Source: a virus
Taxonomy: Duplodnaviria > Caudoviricetes
Length of the DNA: 25,210 nt
Direction: 5' to 3' (one strand)
Virus record (IMG/VR): IMGVR_UViG_3300023266_000007
Location: 1 to 25,210 of that record
Shown piece by piece: positions 7,498 to 16,446 of the stretch (position 1 is the stretch's first letter; every line of letters begins with the position of its first letter). The position numbers were made by a program, and so were the translations under genes. The notes under the pieces are model-generated. The model was given only the letters and a program-made list of their open reading frames with translations, was not told the origin of the DNA and did not search any database.

Positions 7498-8163
7498 TTA
7501 CTGGCCGAGGTAGGTGGCGCTGAACGACGGTGCTTGGCTGCCGGTGCCTGTTGTCGTTGCTGCGCTGGCGTAGGCGACGACTTCCATCACGTCGGTGGTG
7601 CCGTTCATAGCAGCCGTGTACCGGCGGACAGCGAAGCTTGTGGGCACGTTGGTGGTGGTGATCTGCCGGTGTTCGGATGCGGCGATCATCGCCGTGCCGG
7701 GGGCGCCGTTGAGCCGGAATCCGGCGCGGTGCACTGCTGTCGTGGCCGCGGCACCGGCCATGCTGAGACCGCCGCTGAATTCGTACAGGCCGGGGAACGT
7801 CGGCTGGAATCGCCCGGTGGCCGGGTCGAACCAGTTGTTGAGGTTACGGCCGTGCACCACAGTCCACCCGGTGATGGTGACGTACGTCGACAGGGCCAGG
7901 GACTGTGTGGCCGTCTGATACGCCGCGAAACACAGTGTCTGCGGAGACGGATACCAGCCGGTGATTCCGCCGACGTCGAGGTACGTCAAGGTCAGGTTGG
8001 TGTCGAGCATGGATACTGTCATGCCGGGTACCGGCGCGAGGTCGCCGGTGAGGAAGGCATCACGGGCGGCGGTGTCGGGGAAGCGCATGAAGCCGCTGGA
8101 CACCAACTCGTTCATGGCGTCCGGTGTCAGCGGGTCTACTTCAGCCCAGTCTTTGATGGCCAT
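7498..8163 (-). CDS. Minor tail / receptor-binding protein paralog 2 (C1q-like C-terminal domain)
   Basis: FAAY...FDPATGRFQPTFPGLYEF...FRLNG...MNGTTDVMEV...FSATYLG follows the C1q consensus; TGATG coupling to paralog 1. Confidence 0.8.
   Translation of the reverse strand: MAIKDWAEVDPLTPDAMNELVSSGFMRFPDTAARDAFLTGDLAPVPGMTVSMLDTNLTLTYLDVGGITGWYPSPQTLCFAAYQTATQSLALSTYVTITGWTVVHGRNLNNWFDPATGRFQPTFPGLYEFSGGLSMAGAAATTAVHRAGFRLNGAPGTAMIAASEHRQITTTNVPTSFAVRRYTAAMNGTTDVMEVVAYASAATTTGTGSQAPSFSATYLGQ
8018..8072. repeat. 55-bp direct repeat copy B
   Basis: 54/55 identical to 7347-7401. Confidence 0.95.
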
Positions 8164-8837
8164 CAGAAACCGCCTAGGTATCGGACGGTGAACAGATTGG
8201 GTGACCCGGCATCTGACGGGGTGGCGAAGTTCGATGTTGTTCCGTTACGCACCCACAGCCCCAGAGAGTGGGTCGGCTGCATCGCGACAATGACCGGTGT
8301 GATCATCTGATAGGCGGGTGGGTGTCCGGCGACGTAGTACGGATTCGACGCCATCGTCCAATCGATAAAGTTCGGTGTGCCGGTGTTCAGCATCACCCCG
8401 ACTTGTTTATCAGCGGCACCGGACCAGGGCATCGAGACACCGCCGGTGACTTCGAACCAGCCGGCGATACCGGTTTGGAATATGCCGCTCGATGGGTTGA
8501 ACCATCCGTTGACGTTGCGGGTGCCGAGGAGGTTGGTGTTCCATCCGGTGATGGTGCCGGATGAGCTGGCGGGGACGTTCTGCCCGACGGTGCTGGCATA
8601 GGAGAACATGACCTGTGATGCGGCTGGTTGCCAGCGTGCCCCGTTCTGGACAATCCAGCGGGATGCTGCGCCGTCGTCGGTGGTGGTTGACAGGGTGCCC
8701 GCGGTCGGGGCGAGGCTGCCGGTGAGGAGCGCCGTCCGGGCGGCGGCATTCGCGAAACGCATATTCGATGCCGCTACGAGGGCGTCCATGTCTTCGGGGT
8801 AGAACACTTCCCCGTTGCTGAATTTTTTGAGCGGCAC
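8163..8837 (-). CDS. Minor tail / receptor-binding protein paralog 1 (C1q-like C-terminal domain)
   Basis: GTG start 8837 with GAAGGTGG RBS (MPLKKFSNGEVFYPEDM...FANAAARTALLTGSLAP); FNPSSGIFQTGIAGWFEV; FTVRYLG. Confidence 0.75.
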   Translation of the reverse strand: MPLKKFSNGEVFYPEDMDALVAASNMRFANAAARTALLTGSLAPTAGTLSTTTDDGAASRWIVQNGARWQPAASQVMFSYASTVGQNVPASSSGTITGWNTNLLGTRNVNGWFNPSSGIFQTGIAGWFEVTGGVSMPWSGAADKQVGVMLNTGTPNFIDWTMASNPYYVAGHPPAYQMITPVIVAMQPTHSLGLWVRNGTTSNFATPSDAGSPNLFTVRYLGGF

Positions 8838-8838
8838 G

Positions 8839-9918
8839 TCACACCACCTTCGCGGGGTCGGCCAGGTCGAGAGAACTGCGGTAGTGGCGTCCGGTGAATG
8901 CATGATTGATCTGCGCCACCACTTTGACGTCCCCGAAGAAATCGACAACGGCGGGTGCCCGGACACCCACGTCCAGGGTGTCGCCTGGCCCCTCGCGCCA
9001 GCCCAGCCGTGATTGGCCCAGCCGGAATGTCGGGCCCAGACGTCCGGCCTCCAACGCCCGTTGGCCGATACCGCCGATGAACGTGTCGAAATCCTGCACG
9101 ACGTCGACGGTCTTGACCTTCTCCGGCGGGGTCGAGAAGAACGGCTTAGGAGCGTCCGAGTAGAAGTCGGCGGCGCCAGTCCATTCGGCAGCTGGCGGCA
9201 GAATCAGCGGGGGTGGTGGGGTGCCCTGGAAGGTCACCGCCGGAACGATGGTCAGGCCAGGATTCGGCGCATGGGTGTTCGCGGACCTGACCGGGAAGTG
9301 GGTGAGGGTAGTGAATTGGCGAGCCAGGTCGAGCAAGGTCGATTCACCAGGCGCCGTCGACGGCGCCTTGACCGTGTCGAGATAGGCCAGGTGGATGGTC
9401 CGGCACAGTGATGTGTCGACGGCGAAGAACCGCTTCAGCCGGGTGAGGGCACCCTCTTCCGGCAGGGTGCCGGCCCAGGTCGCGGTGGTCTCGAGCATCG
9501 TCGACGCCACACCCACCAGCGGGTAGGTCGTCTTCTTGATCCAGAACGGGCCTTCCGCGGTCACCGACGATTCGACTCGAGCGACGGTGCCTTGCGCCAC
9601 GATCGCCCCGGCGTACCGCAACTCCCAATGGGTGCCGCTGTACATCTCATGCTGCCGCGCGTACGCCTCCACCAGATCGCCGGGGCCAGCATTGATCCGC
9701 TCGGCGAACCTGGCGGTACCGGTGAGCGGATCGATGGAGAGTTCGTTGTCCTGGCCAGGGTTATAGCCGTCGGTGAGTTCGATCGACGACATGCCCGGCA
9801 CCGGCTCCAGGCTCGACAGGTCGTTACCGAGTCGGGATTTCCCGACGATCAGGGTCGCGCCGATCACCGACCCGGGCACGACACGCAAGAATTCCAGGAG
9901 TTTCGGATCGTAGGTCAT
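8839..9918 (-). CDS. Minor tail (tail-tip) protein
   Basis: Immediately follows the TMP; likely ATG 9918; assigned by position. Confidence 0.7.
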   Translation of the reverse strand: MTYDPKLLEFLRVVPGSVIGATLIVGKSRLGNDLSSLEPVPGMSSIELTDGYNPGQDNELSIDPLTGTARFAERINAGPGDLVEAYARQHEMYSGTHWELRYAGAIVAQGTVARVESSVTAEGPFWIKKTTYPLVGVASTMLETTATWAGTLPEEGALTRLKRFFAVDTSLCRTIHLAYLDTVKAPSTAPGESTLLDLARQFTTLTHFPVRSANTHAPNPGLTIVPAVTFQGTPPPPLILPPAAEWTGAADFYSDAPKPFFSTPPEKVKTVDVVQDFDTFIGGIGQRALEAGRLGPTFRLGQSRLGWREGPGDTLDVGVRAPAVVDFFGDVKVVAQINHAFTGRHYRSSLDLADPAKVV

Positions 9919-9919
9919 G

Positions 9920-12900
9920 TCAGGTTCCCGCGACATTCATGGTAATCGGGCGGCCCAGCTGGGTCGACACCTCATTGAAGGCACCGGAAACGGCGTCCAC
10001 CAATCCACGTTTGTCGATGACAACGCCGGTGTTCACCACGACGGTGACCGACTCCGCGGTTTTCGGCGGCCCCGCCTTGGCACCTTTCTTCGGCTTCTCG
10101 ACCTTGATCGGTTTGTTGGTCTCCACTTTCGGAACCCGCGGTGTCACCTTCGCCACGGAAGCGGCGATCTTCTTATTCAGGTCGGCGATCATCTGCAGGA
10201 TCGACGCCTCCAGGTAGGCCTGTTGGCTGGCGTACCCGGCGGCCAGCGCTTTCGCTGCCGCGATGCCGGTGTCGTACATGTGCCCCGCAACGACCTGGCC
10301 CGCCTGCTGCCCGGTCTTGGCGATCGTCCGGTAGTTCTCACTCAGTTCTTTGAGCTGTTCCGCGGACCCGGCCATGAGTGCTTTAGCGGTGTCCATGCCT
10401 GCTTTCGGTCCGGCCAACGCCAGTTCCTGCAACACTTCCGGGGCGACACCGCGTGTCGCCAAACCTTTCAACTGGGCGGCGAATTCGGCAGCCTGGGCTA
10501 CCGCGGCCCGGGACCGTTCCAGCACATCCTCAATCGAGGCGGTGCCAGCGTCCGCAGCGTCGTTGATCAGCCGGAAACTGTTCTCGAACACCCCGGCGAC
10601 TGACGAGACGACCCCGGCGCGGGCCTGTTGCAGGTCGGCCAGGTGTTCGTTGGTGGCTCTCAGCTTGTCGGCCACCGTGTCGCGTTGGCTGGCCAGGGTG
10701 AGTAGTTTCGCGTTGTCGGCCTTGATCCGGTCCAGCAGGGCGTTGCGGGTGGTGGCGCGTTTCTTCCCGGCTGCTGCTTCTTGGCGTTTCCATTCGTCGA
10801 TGACGGAGATTTTGGTGCCCTTGGCGAACGTCTTTTTGATCGAGGTGGGGAACGCGTCGACGACATCATCCACCAGTTTGGTGACGGTTTTTTTGATGTC
10901 GTCGCGGCCGGTTTCCAGGCCCTCGATCAGCCCGGCGACGGACAGTCTCCCCAGACGCAGGAACACTTTCGATGGTGAGGAGATGCCGAGCGCGCCTTTT
11001 GCAGCGTTGACGGCATCGGAGACTACTGCGCGAGCTTTGTTGGCGAGTGCGCCGGCCATCTGGGCGACACCGTTGATCATGCCTTGGATGAGGTCGCGGC
11101 CGGCACTGATGAGCCAGCTCGCGGCGCCGGAGATGGCGCCTTTGACTTTCCCGCCAAGGCCTTTCACGACGCTGATCACGTTTGATACGCCGGTTGTCAC
11201 GGCGGATTTGACCGCATTCCAGGCGTCGACTGTCGCAGACTTCGCCGCATTCCAGGCCGACGTTAGGGCGCTGACGACAGCCGCGACGCCGGAACTGACG
11301 GCGGATTTCACCCCGTTGATCGCCGAGGAGACGAGGCCTTTCAGCGCATTCCAAGCGTTGGATGTCGCGGATTTGACCGCGTTCCAGGCGTTGGTTGTTG
11401 CGGATTTGACGCTCTCCCATCCGGACGCCACAAAGGCGGATACCCCGGAGACGCCGGACATGATGGCTGCTTTGATGGCGTTCCAGGCGGCGACAAGGGC
11501 AGCCTTGATCGCGTTCCATGCAGCTATCGCCCCGGCCTTGATCGCGTTCCACACGGCGGCGAGGATGGCGTCCATCGCCTGTCCGAGCACATCGATTTGG
11601 GCTTTCAGCAACGTGAAGATGCCGATAACGAATTGCACGGCCCCCGATACGATGGATTTCACACCGTCCCACGCACGGCCCCAGTCGCCGGTGAGCACAC
11701 CGATGATGACGTCGAACACACCTTTGATGATGTTGAAGGCGCCCTGCAGGGTGGAAACGACAGCCGCGAAAGCAGTCGACAGGTAGGCGAGGATGTTGGC
11801 GCCGAAGTTCTGCCAGATCGTCAGGATGACGGTGACGACCGCGGACACGACAGCGCGGACAGCCTCGAATGCCTGCCCGACAATCGTGCCGAGCGTGCCG
11901 AGGATCGCCTGGATTTGCGGCAGCGCTTTCGAGAATGCGCCGCTCAGCGTTTCCCCGACTTGCGAGAAGACCGGCATCAAATTGTTGAACGCGTCGGTGA
12001 ATGCGGGCATCAGCGAGGCTAGCCCGGTTTTGGCGTTCTCGATGATGCTGCCGACCGCATCGGATTTGGCGAGTTCCGCAAAGCTGGATTTGATGCTCGC
12101 GAACGTTCCGCTGAGTCCGCCGACCTTGCCCTCTGCGCCGGTGAACTGATCGAACAGTGTCTTGACCGGCGACGCATCGAACGCAGTCTTGAGCGCGCCT
12201 CCGGCCTTCTTGAATGAGTCGGTGATGGCGGGCCCATGGTTGGACCAGAAATCTTTGACGCCCGGGATCAGCTTGTCGTTGATCCATGCGCCACCTTTGG
12301 TGAGCGCGGTCAGGAATGGGCCGCCGATCGCCGCGGCAACATTGTTGAATTGTGCCTTGAGCTTGTCCATTTGAACGGCGTAGCCGCCCTGTTCCCGTTC
12401 GGCCGCACCAACTTTGTTGGCCAACGAGTCCATCATGATGGCGTTGAGCGCTGCCGCTTTGTCCTGATCGGTGAGGGCCTTGGCGTTCTTTTTCCCGGAC
12501 AGTTCCATAGCTTTCTGCTGCAGCGATGCCGCGGACAGCGTAGGAATCAGTCTCTGAATCGGATCGTATTCGCCGATCAGTGCGCTCTTGACGGCCTCCA
12601 GGGAATCGGCTACGGGGATGTCGCCGAATGCCGCCATGTTCGCGGCCATCGTCGTCCAGTTCTTTGACATGTCGGCAGCCTTTTGGCTGCCGATCCCGAC
12701 GCCGGTAAAGAACCCACCGAAAACCTTAGTGGCGTTGAGTGCCTCTGACTGCGACAGGCCGAGGGTGGTCGCGGCTGTTTCCGACCATTTGAGCATGTCG
12801 CCGGACGCGTCCCGGAAAATCGATTTGGTGGTGCCGATCGCTGCCGTCAGCGATGCCGATTCGTCGATGATCTTCTTGAATCCTTCAACGAGGCCGGCCG

Positions 12901-13060
12901 CGGCGATGGCGGTGCCCATGGTCGCGAACCCGGCGGCGATGCCCCGCCCGACCCCGCCGAGTTTCTTCCCCATCCCCGTTGCGGATTCGGAAACCTGCTG
13001 CATTCCTTGGACGGCGGGCCGGGCGTTCGCGAGAATCGAGATGGTGATGGGTCCGGCCAT
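9920..13060 (-). CDS. Tape measure protein
   Basis: 1046 aa, Ala/Gly-rich helical; Trp-periodic AWNA(V/I)KSA repeats at 11/22-residue spacing; GISSPSKVF motif; follows the chaperones. Confidence 0.95.
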   Translation of the reverse strand: MAGPITISILANARPAVQGMQQVSESATGMGKKLGGVGRGIAAGFATMGTAIAAAGLVEGFKKIIDESASLTAAIGTTKSIFRDASGDMLKWSETAATTLGLSQSEALNATKVFGGFFTGVGIGSQKAADMSKNWTTMAANMAAFGDIPVADSLEAVKSALIGEYDPIQRLIPTLSAASLQQKAMELSGKKNAKALTDQDKAAALNAIMMDSLANKVGAAEREQGGYAVQMDKLKAQFNNVAAAIGGPFLTALTKGGAWINDKLIPGVKDFWSNHGPAITDSFKKAGGALKTAFDASPVKTLFDQFTGAEGKVGGLSGTFASIKSSFAELAKSDAVGSIIENAKTGLASLMPAFTDAFNNLMPVFSQVGETLSGAFSKALPQIQAILGTLGTIVGQAFEAVRAVVSAVVTVILTIWQNFGANILAYLSTAFAAVVSTLQGAFNIIKGVFDVIIGVLTGDWGRAWDGVKSIVSGAVQFVIGIFTLLKAQIDVLGQAMDAILAAVWNAIKAGAIAAWNAIKAALVAAWNAIKAAIMSGVSGVSAFVASGWESVKSATTNAWNAVKSATSNAWNALKGLVSSAINGVKSAVSSGVAAVVSALTSAWNAAKSATVDAWNAVKSAVTTGVSNVISVVKGLGGKVKGAISGAASWLISAGRDLIQGMINGVAQMAGALANKARAVVSDAVNAAKGALGISSPSKVFLRLGRLSVAGLIEGLETGRDDIKKTVTKLVDDVVDAFPTSIKKTFAKGTKISVIDEWKRQEAAAGKKRATTRNALLDRIKADNAKLLTLASQRDTVADKLRATNEHLADLQQARAGVVSSVAGVFENSFRLINDAADAGTASIEDVLERSRAAVAQAAEFAAQLKGLATRGVAPEVLQELALAGPKAGMDTAKALMAGSAEQLKELSENYRTIAKTGQQAGQVVAGHMYDTGIAAAKALAAGYASQQAYLEASILQMIADLNKKIAASVAKVTPRVPKVETNKPIKVEKPKKGAKAGPPKTAESVTVVVNTGVVIDKRGLVDAVSGAFNEVSTQLGRPITMNVAGT

Positions 13061-13073
13061 GCCCCTGCCCCCT

Positions 13074-13501
13074 CTATTTCACTCTCAAACCTTTGACCCG
13101 GACAGCGGTCTTGTAGAAGGCGTCGGCCTCGATCATGGATAGATCGTCGTAAATGGCAGGGCTGAAGCCGGTGACTACGCACCACTCAGCGAGGTCACCG
13201 GCCTCAGCCCGGGCTCTTTTCCCGCCCCGGTCGCGTCCCCATCGAACGGGCGCTCGGTGAAATAGTGCATGACGTCGCCGAGCGTGAAATCATCCAGCTG
13301 GTCATCGCTGAAGTCCGGGTCGGCGCGGCGTTCGAACAGCCAGACCAGCGCCCACAGACACGCCTCCAGTTTGGTTTCGTCGGCGAAGTCCTGCACCAGG
13401 GAGATCCCGAATTTCTCTTTGACGGTGCGCAGTTCCCGCCGGCTGATCGACTGGATGGCCTCTTCCTGGGTGAGTTCGGAGCGGGGCTGGTATTCGATCA
13501 T
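13074..13501 (-). CDS. Tail assembly chaperone, frameshifted long form (gpGT-like)
   Basis: In-frame G GGA AAA at 13223-13217; the -1 frame reads RARAEAGDLAEWCVVTGFSPAIYDDLSMIEADAFYKTAVRVKGLRVK* and ends just before the TMP start. Confidence 0.85.
13175..13501 (-). CDS. Tail assembly chaperone (gpG-like)
   Basis: 108-aa acidic protein upstream of the TMP, slippery site near the 3' end. Confidence 0.85.
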   Translation of the reverse strand: MIEYQPRSELTQEEAIQSISRRELRTVKEKFGISLVQDFADETKLEACLWALVWLFERRADPDFSDDQLDDFTLGDVMHYFTERPFDGDATGAGKEPGLRPVTSLSGA

Positions 13502-13872
13502 GTCAGTCCTTTGTCGCGGATGAGCCGGTCGATGTCGGCGGTCAGCATCGGCACGACCCGGGGCGAGATGTCAGCATCAGCGCGTTGCATGAAATGCTGG
13601 GCGGGAATCCCCCGGGCCGGGGAACCGAAGTTGATGACTCCCGCGTATTCGCTGGTCGGGCCGCGCCCCGCGGACACCACAGCTTTGTTTTTGGCGCGGT
13701 TCCCGCGGATGGACCCGGCCAGGGCACCGGACCGTTTCGGGGCGTGGCCGGCGGCAGCTTGGGCGCCCAGGTCGGCGATTTTCGCCATAGCCGTTTTCAA
13801 ATCTTCCATGTCGATACCCAGGTTTTTCAGGTCACGGGTGAGCTGCGCCAGTCCGGTGACTTTGATCGTCAT
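13498..13872 (-). CDS. HK97 gp10-like tail component
   Basis: IKVTGL...APKRSGALAGSI...YAGVINFG...IPAQHFM. Confidence 0.85.
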   Translation of the reverse strand: MTIKVTGLAQLTRDLKNLGIDMEDLKTAMAKIADLGAQAAAGHAPKRSGALAGSIRGNRAKNKAVVSAGRGPTSEYAGVINFGSPARGIPAQHFMQRADADISPRVVPMLTADIDRLIRDKGLT

Positions 13873-13885
13873 AGCAGAGGCCCTG

Positions 13886-14317
13886 TCAGGCGCCGGTGGT
13901 GACGCGTGTCGGCTTAGCCGTCAGCGCCCATGTGCATTCGAAAGTAAATTTCGCTGTCGAGCTGGCGTCGGCCTCACCACCGAGGATGGTGCCGTCGGGC
14001 TCGCTGATGATCGCAGTCATAGCAAAATGGGGTTCTGCAACGGTGGGAACATCATTGCCGTACGGGCACATGGTGACGTCGAGTTCGTTACCGGCATTGG
14101 TCCACACTTCATCCCACAGGCTGGCGCTAGCGGCGTCCTGCACGGCCGTGAACTCTAAGGCGTAGTCCCGCCCGCCACCGGCCGCAGCACTTGCAAAGCT
14201 CACGAAATCCGAGTCGGTTTCTCCGGAGGTGACTTCCGCCCGGGACAGGTCGGCGTTGTATTCCACCGGGGGGGTGCCCATCTGGATCTTCATTTTGCGT
14301 GTACCGATGGCGGCCAT
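13886..14317 (-). CDS. Major tail protein
   Basis: 143 aa from ATG 14317 (GAGGA RBS): MAAIGTRK...QD...SLW...PYGN...P.F...GGEA; position in the tail module. Confidence 0.8.
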   Translation of the reverse strand: MAAIGTRKMKIQMGTPPVEYNADLSRAEVTSGETDSDFVSFASAAAGGGRDYALEFTAVQDAASASLWDEVWTNAGNELDVTMCPYGNDVPTVAEPHFAMTAIISEPDGTILGGEADASSTAKFTFECTWALTAKPTRVTTGA

Positions 14318-14333
14318 GATGTCAAGTCCTCTC

Positions 14334-14708
14334 TTACAGGTGGAAACTCTTCTCCAGATGGACGACGGATGACAGGAATTCGACGGTGCTGTCTTCCACC
14401 GACTGCGCGCCCGGAGCGTCGGCATCCGCCAGCGCCCAATCAGCGGAATTGCGGAGCACCTCTTCCAGCAGGGTTTCGAGCCGGTCGCGGGCATCCGGCC
14501 CCATCTCGACCAACACCGTCACGGTGGTGCTGAGTAGATAGCTACCGAACGCGATACCGGCGGTCACGTACGGGCCGGCCCGCGGCGGGCCCACCAGGAT
14601 GCACGGGGGTTCCGCCCGGACCTGCCAGTCGTCCATCACCGGTACCCCGACGACAGCCAGGTCAGCAATCAGCGTGTCCCGCAAGCCCTTGATCGTGCCC
14701 ACCGACAT
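14334..14708 (-). CDS. Putative tail terminator
   Basis: 124 aa, PPCILVGPP motif, immediately upstream of the major tail gene. Confidence 0.65.
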   Translation of the reverse strand: MSVGTIKGLRDTLIADLAVVGVPVMDDWQVRAEPPCILVGPPRAGPYVTAGIAFGSYLLSTTVTVLVEMGPDARDRLETLLEEVLRNSADWALADADAPGAQSVEDSTVEFLSSVVHLEKSFHL

Positions 14709-14719
14709 TCACCCCCGAG

Positions 14720-15226
14720 TCAGACCAGCTGGTAGGCGGAGATCAGACGCTGTTCGAGCTCGGACAACGCGTCGTGGTAGCTGCGGGATCCGCCCCCGGC
14801 TGCCTTGAATTTCAGGCCTTCCGGGTTGTTGTACAGGCGGCCGGCAGCGGAACAGGCGACGATGCGGATCTCATCGGGAATCGGGTCATAGCCGTGGTCG
14901 ACGTCGGCGGCGATCCGGCACCGGATGTGCGGCCAGCACGTGCGGGCGACCAGGAGGCCGCTGACGCTCCACGAGTAGTCGATCGGGCCCAGCAGCACAC
15001 CGTCACAGGTCACGGTGTTGACCGCGTTGAGATGCATGGTCGGCAGCTTCAGCACGACCCCGCCATTGCAGTCCATGGTCAGGGTCTCGGTCGTGCGGCT
15101 GAGTCCCCATCCGCAGATGGCGCGGATGAGGCCGGAGGCGCCCTGGACCGCCAGGGTGGCGGAATAGCGGTCCAGGTCGCGTTGCAGATACCCGGCCAGT
15201 TCGTCGACGGTGATCAACGGGTCCAT
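14720..15226 (-). CDS. Head-to-tail adaptor
   Basis: From ATG 15226 (GGAGG RBS): MDPLITVDELAGYL...ASGLIRAICGW...HGYDPIPDEI...RLYNNPEG. Confidence 0.85.
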   Translation of the reverse strand: MDPLITVDELAGYLQRDLDRYSATLAVQGASGLIRAICGWGLSRTTETLTMDCNGGVVLKLPTMHLNAVNTVTCDGVLLGPIDYSWSVSGLLVARTCWPHIRCRIAADVDHGYDPIPDEIRIVACSAAGRLYNNPEGLKFKAAGGGSRSYHDALSELEQRLISAYQLV

Positions 15227-15393
15227 GGGGTCGCCTCCACTGTCGCAGCGTCGGGGCGTTGTACCAGGGTTCCGGCGCCGGGGCGGGTGACGGTGGCGGT
15301 TCCGGGTGCGGCGGGCCGCTGCACGAGGCCCATGCTGGGCCGGGTGATGGTCGAGGTCGGCCGCGTGCTGGACACCAACAACAGCAGCAGCAT
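15214..15393 (-). CDS. Small 59-aa protein with TRP/VQRP repeats (not in ORF track)
   Basis: GAAAGGGGG RBS; MLLLLLVSSTRPTSTITRPSMGLVQRPAAPGTATVTRPGAGTLVQRPDAATVEATPWTR fills the gap between flanking genes. Confidence 0.65.
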   Translation of the reverse strand: MLLLLLVSSTRPTSTITRPSMGLVQRPAAPGTATVTRPGAGTLVQRPDAATVEATPWTR

Positions 15394-15414
15394 GGCCCCG
15401 CCCCCTTTCCGGTG

Positions 15415-16446
15415 TTACGGCGCCACTCTCAGCCAGACAGCAGGCGGAGTCCCGGATCCTCCGGCTAACCCGGCGCCGGTCGGTGGTAACGCTGTCAACC
15501 CGACCTGCGTCAGGGTGTAGCAGCCCGGTGGCTGCGTGCCGCTGTTCGGCGCCGAGGCTCCCGAGACAACCAGCTGGACAGCTTGAGGAACACAGGCACA
15601 GCTGAATGAACCGCCTTCTTTGTTCCACGTGGCAGGCCAGTACAGCCCGGCTGTCAGAGGTAGCGACACGGCGATTTCTTTGACGCCGACAGAGTCGTTA
15701 GGGACGGTGCCCGCATCGATGAGAAGCGCGCCGGGTTGCCCCGTTGAGTCTGATGCGTACAGTCCGAGTCGGGTAAAGGTGCCTGCCGTCGCTGAGGCGG
15801 TGCTGACGTAGATGGCGATCCGGTCGATGGTGAGATTCTGGGGAATGACCATCGGTATGAGCGTCAAACGCGCGGCTGTCGCACCTGCCGCTGACATGGC
15901 GTTGGTGCCGACTAGCCGCGGATCGTAGTAGTAGCCCGGCCGCCAATAGACGTATGGCGATTTGAGTAGCAGGGAACTGACGGGTGGTGCCGGGTCGCCT
16001 TTCTCCCCCGGCGGGCCGGGAGGTCCTTGCGGGCCGGCAGAACCATGCATCGTGTGGAAGATCGTAATCCGCTGATTGTGTTTGCCAATCACGGTGCTCT
16101 CTATATGCGCTACCGGCACCTCAACATATTCATCTGCCGGATAATCGAGGGCATCCGCGGTGACCCTGAACTGCGCGTAGGCACTCGCATCGGTCTTGTC
16201 ATGCACGGTGAGGATGTCGCCGGTGGTGATGCTCCGCAGCAGCGGGGCGATCACATCCCCGTCAGCATCCTGGTAGGCGAGATACAACCGGGTCGCCGTC
16301 GACGGGGTATCGGTGTTAGAGAGCGCTTTGCCGTCGGGTGCTGGCGGTGTCGCTGCCGTACTCAGCAGGTAGGGGTACGCGGATGCAGACGCGCCCGGGG
16401 GGCCCTGGGCGCCCTGCCGGACACCACTGGCGAATGACGTCCTCAC
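15415..16446 (-). CDS. Collagen-motif virion accessory (head fibre-like) protein
   Basis: GTG 16446 coupled (GTGA); short G-X-Y runs GAQGPPGAS and GSAGPQGPPGPPGEKGDP, each followed by a beta-rich domain. Confidence 0.7.
   Translation of the reverse strand: MRTSFASGVRQGAQGPPGASASAYPYLLSTAATPPAPDGKALSNTDTPSTATRLYLAYQDADGDVIAPLLRSITTGDILTVHDKTDASAYAQFRVTADALDYPADEYVEVPVAHIESTVIGKHNQRITIFHTMHGSAGPQGPPGPPGEKGDPAPPVSSLLLKSPYVYWRPGYYYDPRLVGTNAMSAAGATAARLTLIPMVIPQNLTIDRIAIYVSTASATAGTFTRLGLYASDSTGQPGALLIDAGTVPNDSVGVKEIAVSLPLTAGLYWPATWNKEGGSFSCACVPQAVQLVVSGASAPNSGTQPPGCYTLTQVGLTALPPTGAGLAGGSGTPPAVWLRVAP

Noticed and set aside
6809-8837. Diversity-generating retroelement or invertase shufflon acting on the tail paralogs
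   Set aside because: No reverse transcriptase in the window; the repeat is N-terminal, direct and lacks adenine-specific mismatches; all cassettes are co-oriented complete genes
11200-11560. Periodic DNA repeats (gcggatttgaccgc...ttccaggcg), superficially array-like
   Set aside because: They encode the TMP AWNAVKSA repeats; degenerate and coding, not CRISPR
10350-12287. Long alternative ORFs (478 aa plus, 473 aa minus)
   Set aside because: Shadow frames of the GC-rich repetitive tape measure gene
14318-14494. N-terminal extensions in the ORF track (major tail from 14494; also adaptor from 15628, Sm-like from 21018, ORF from 23026)
   Set aside because: They overlap neighbouring genes or intergenic DNA; better RBS-linked starts lie downstream
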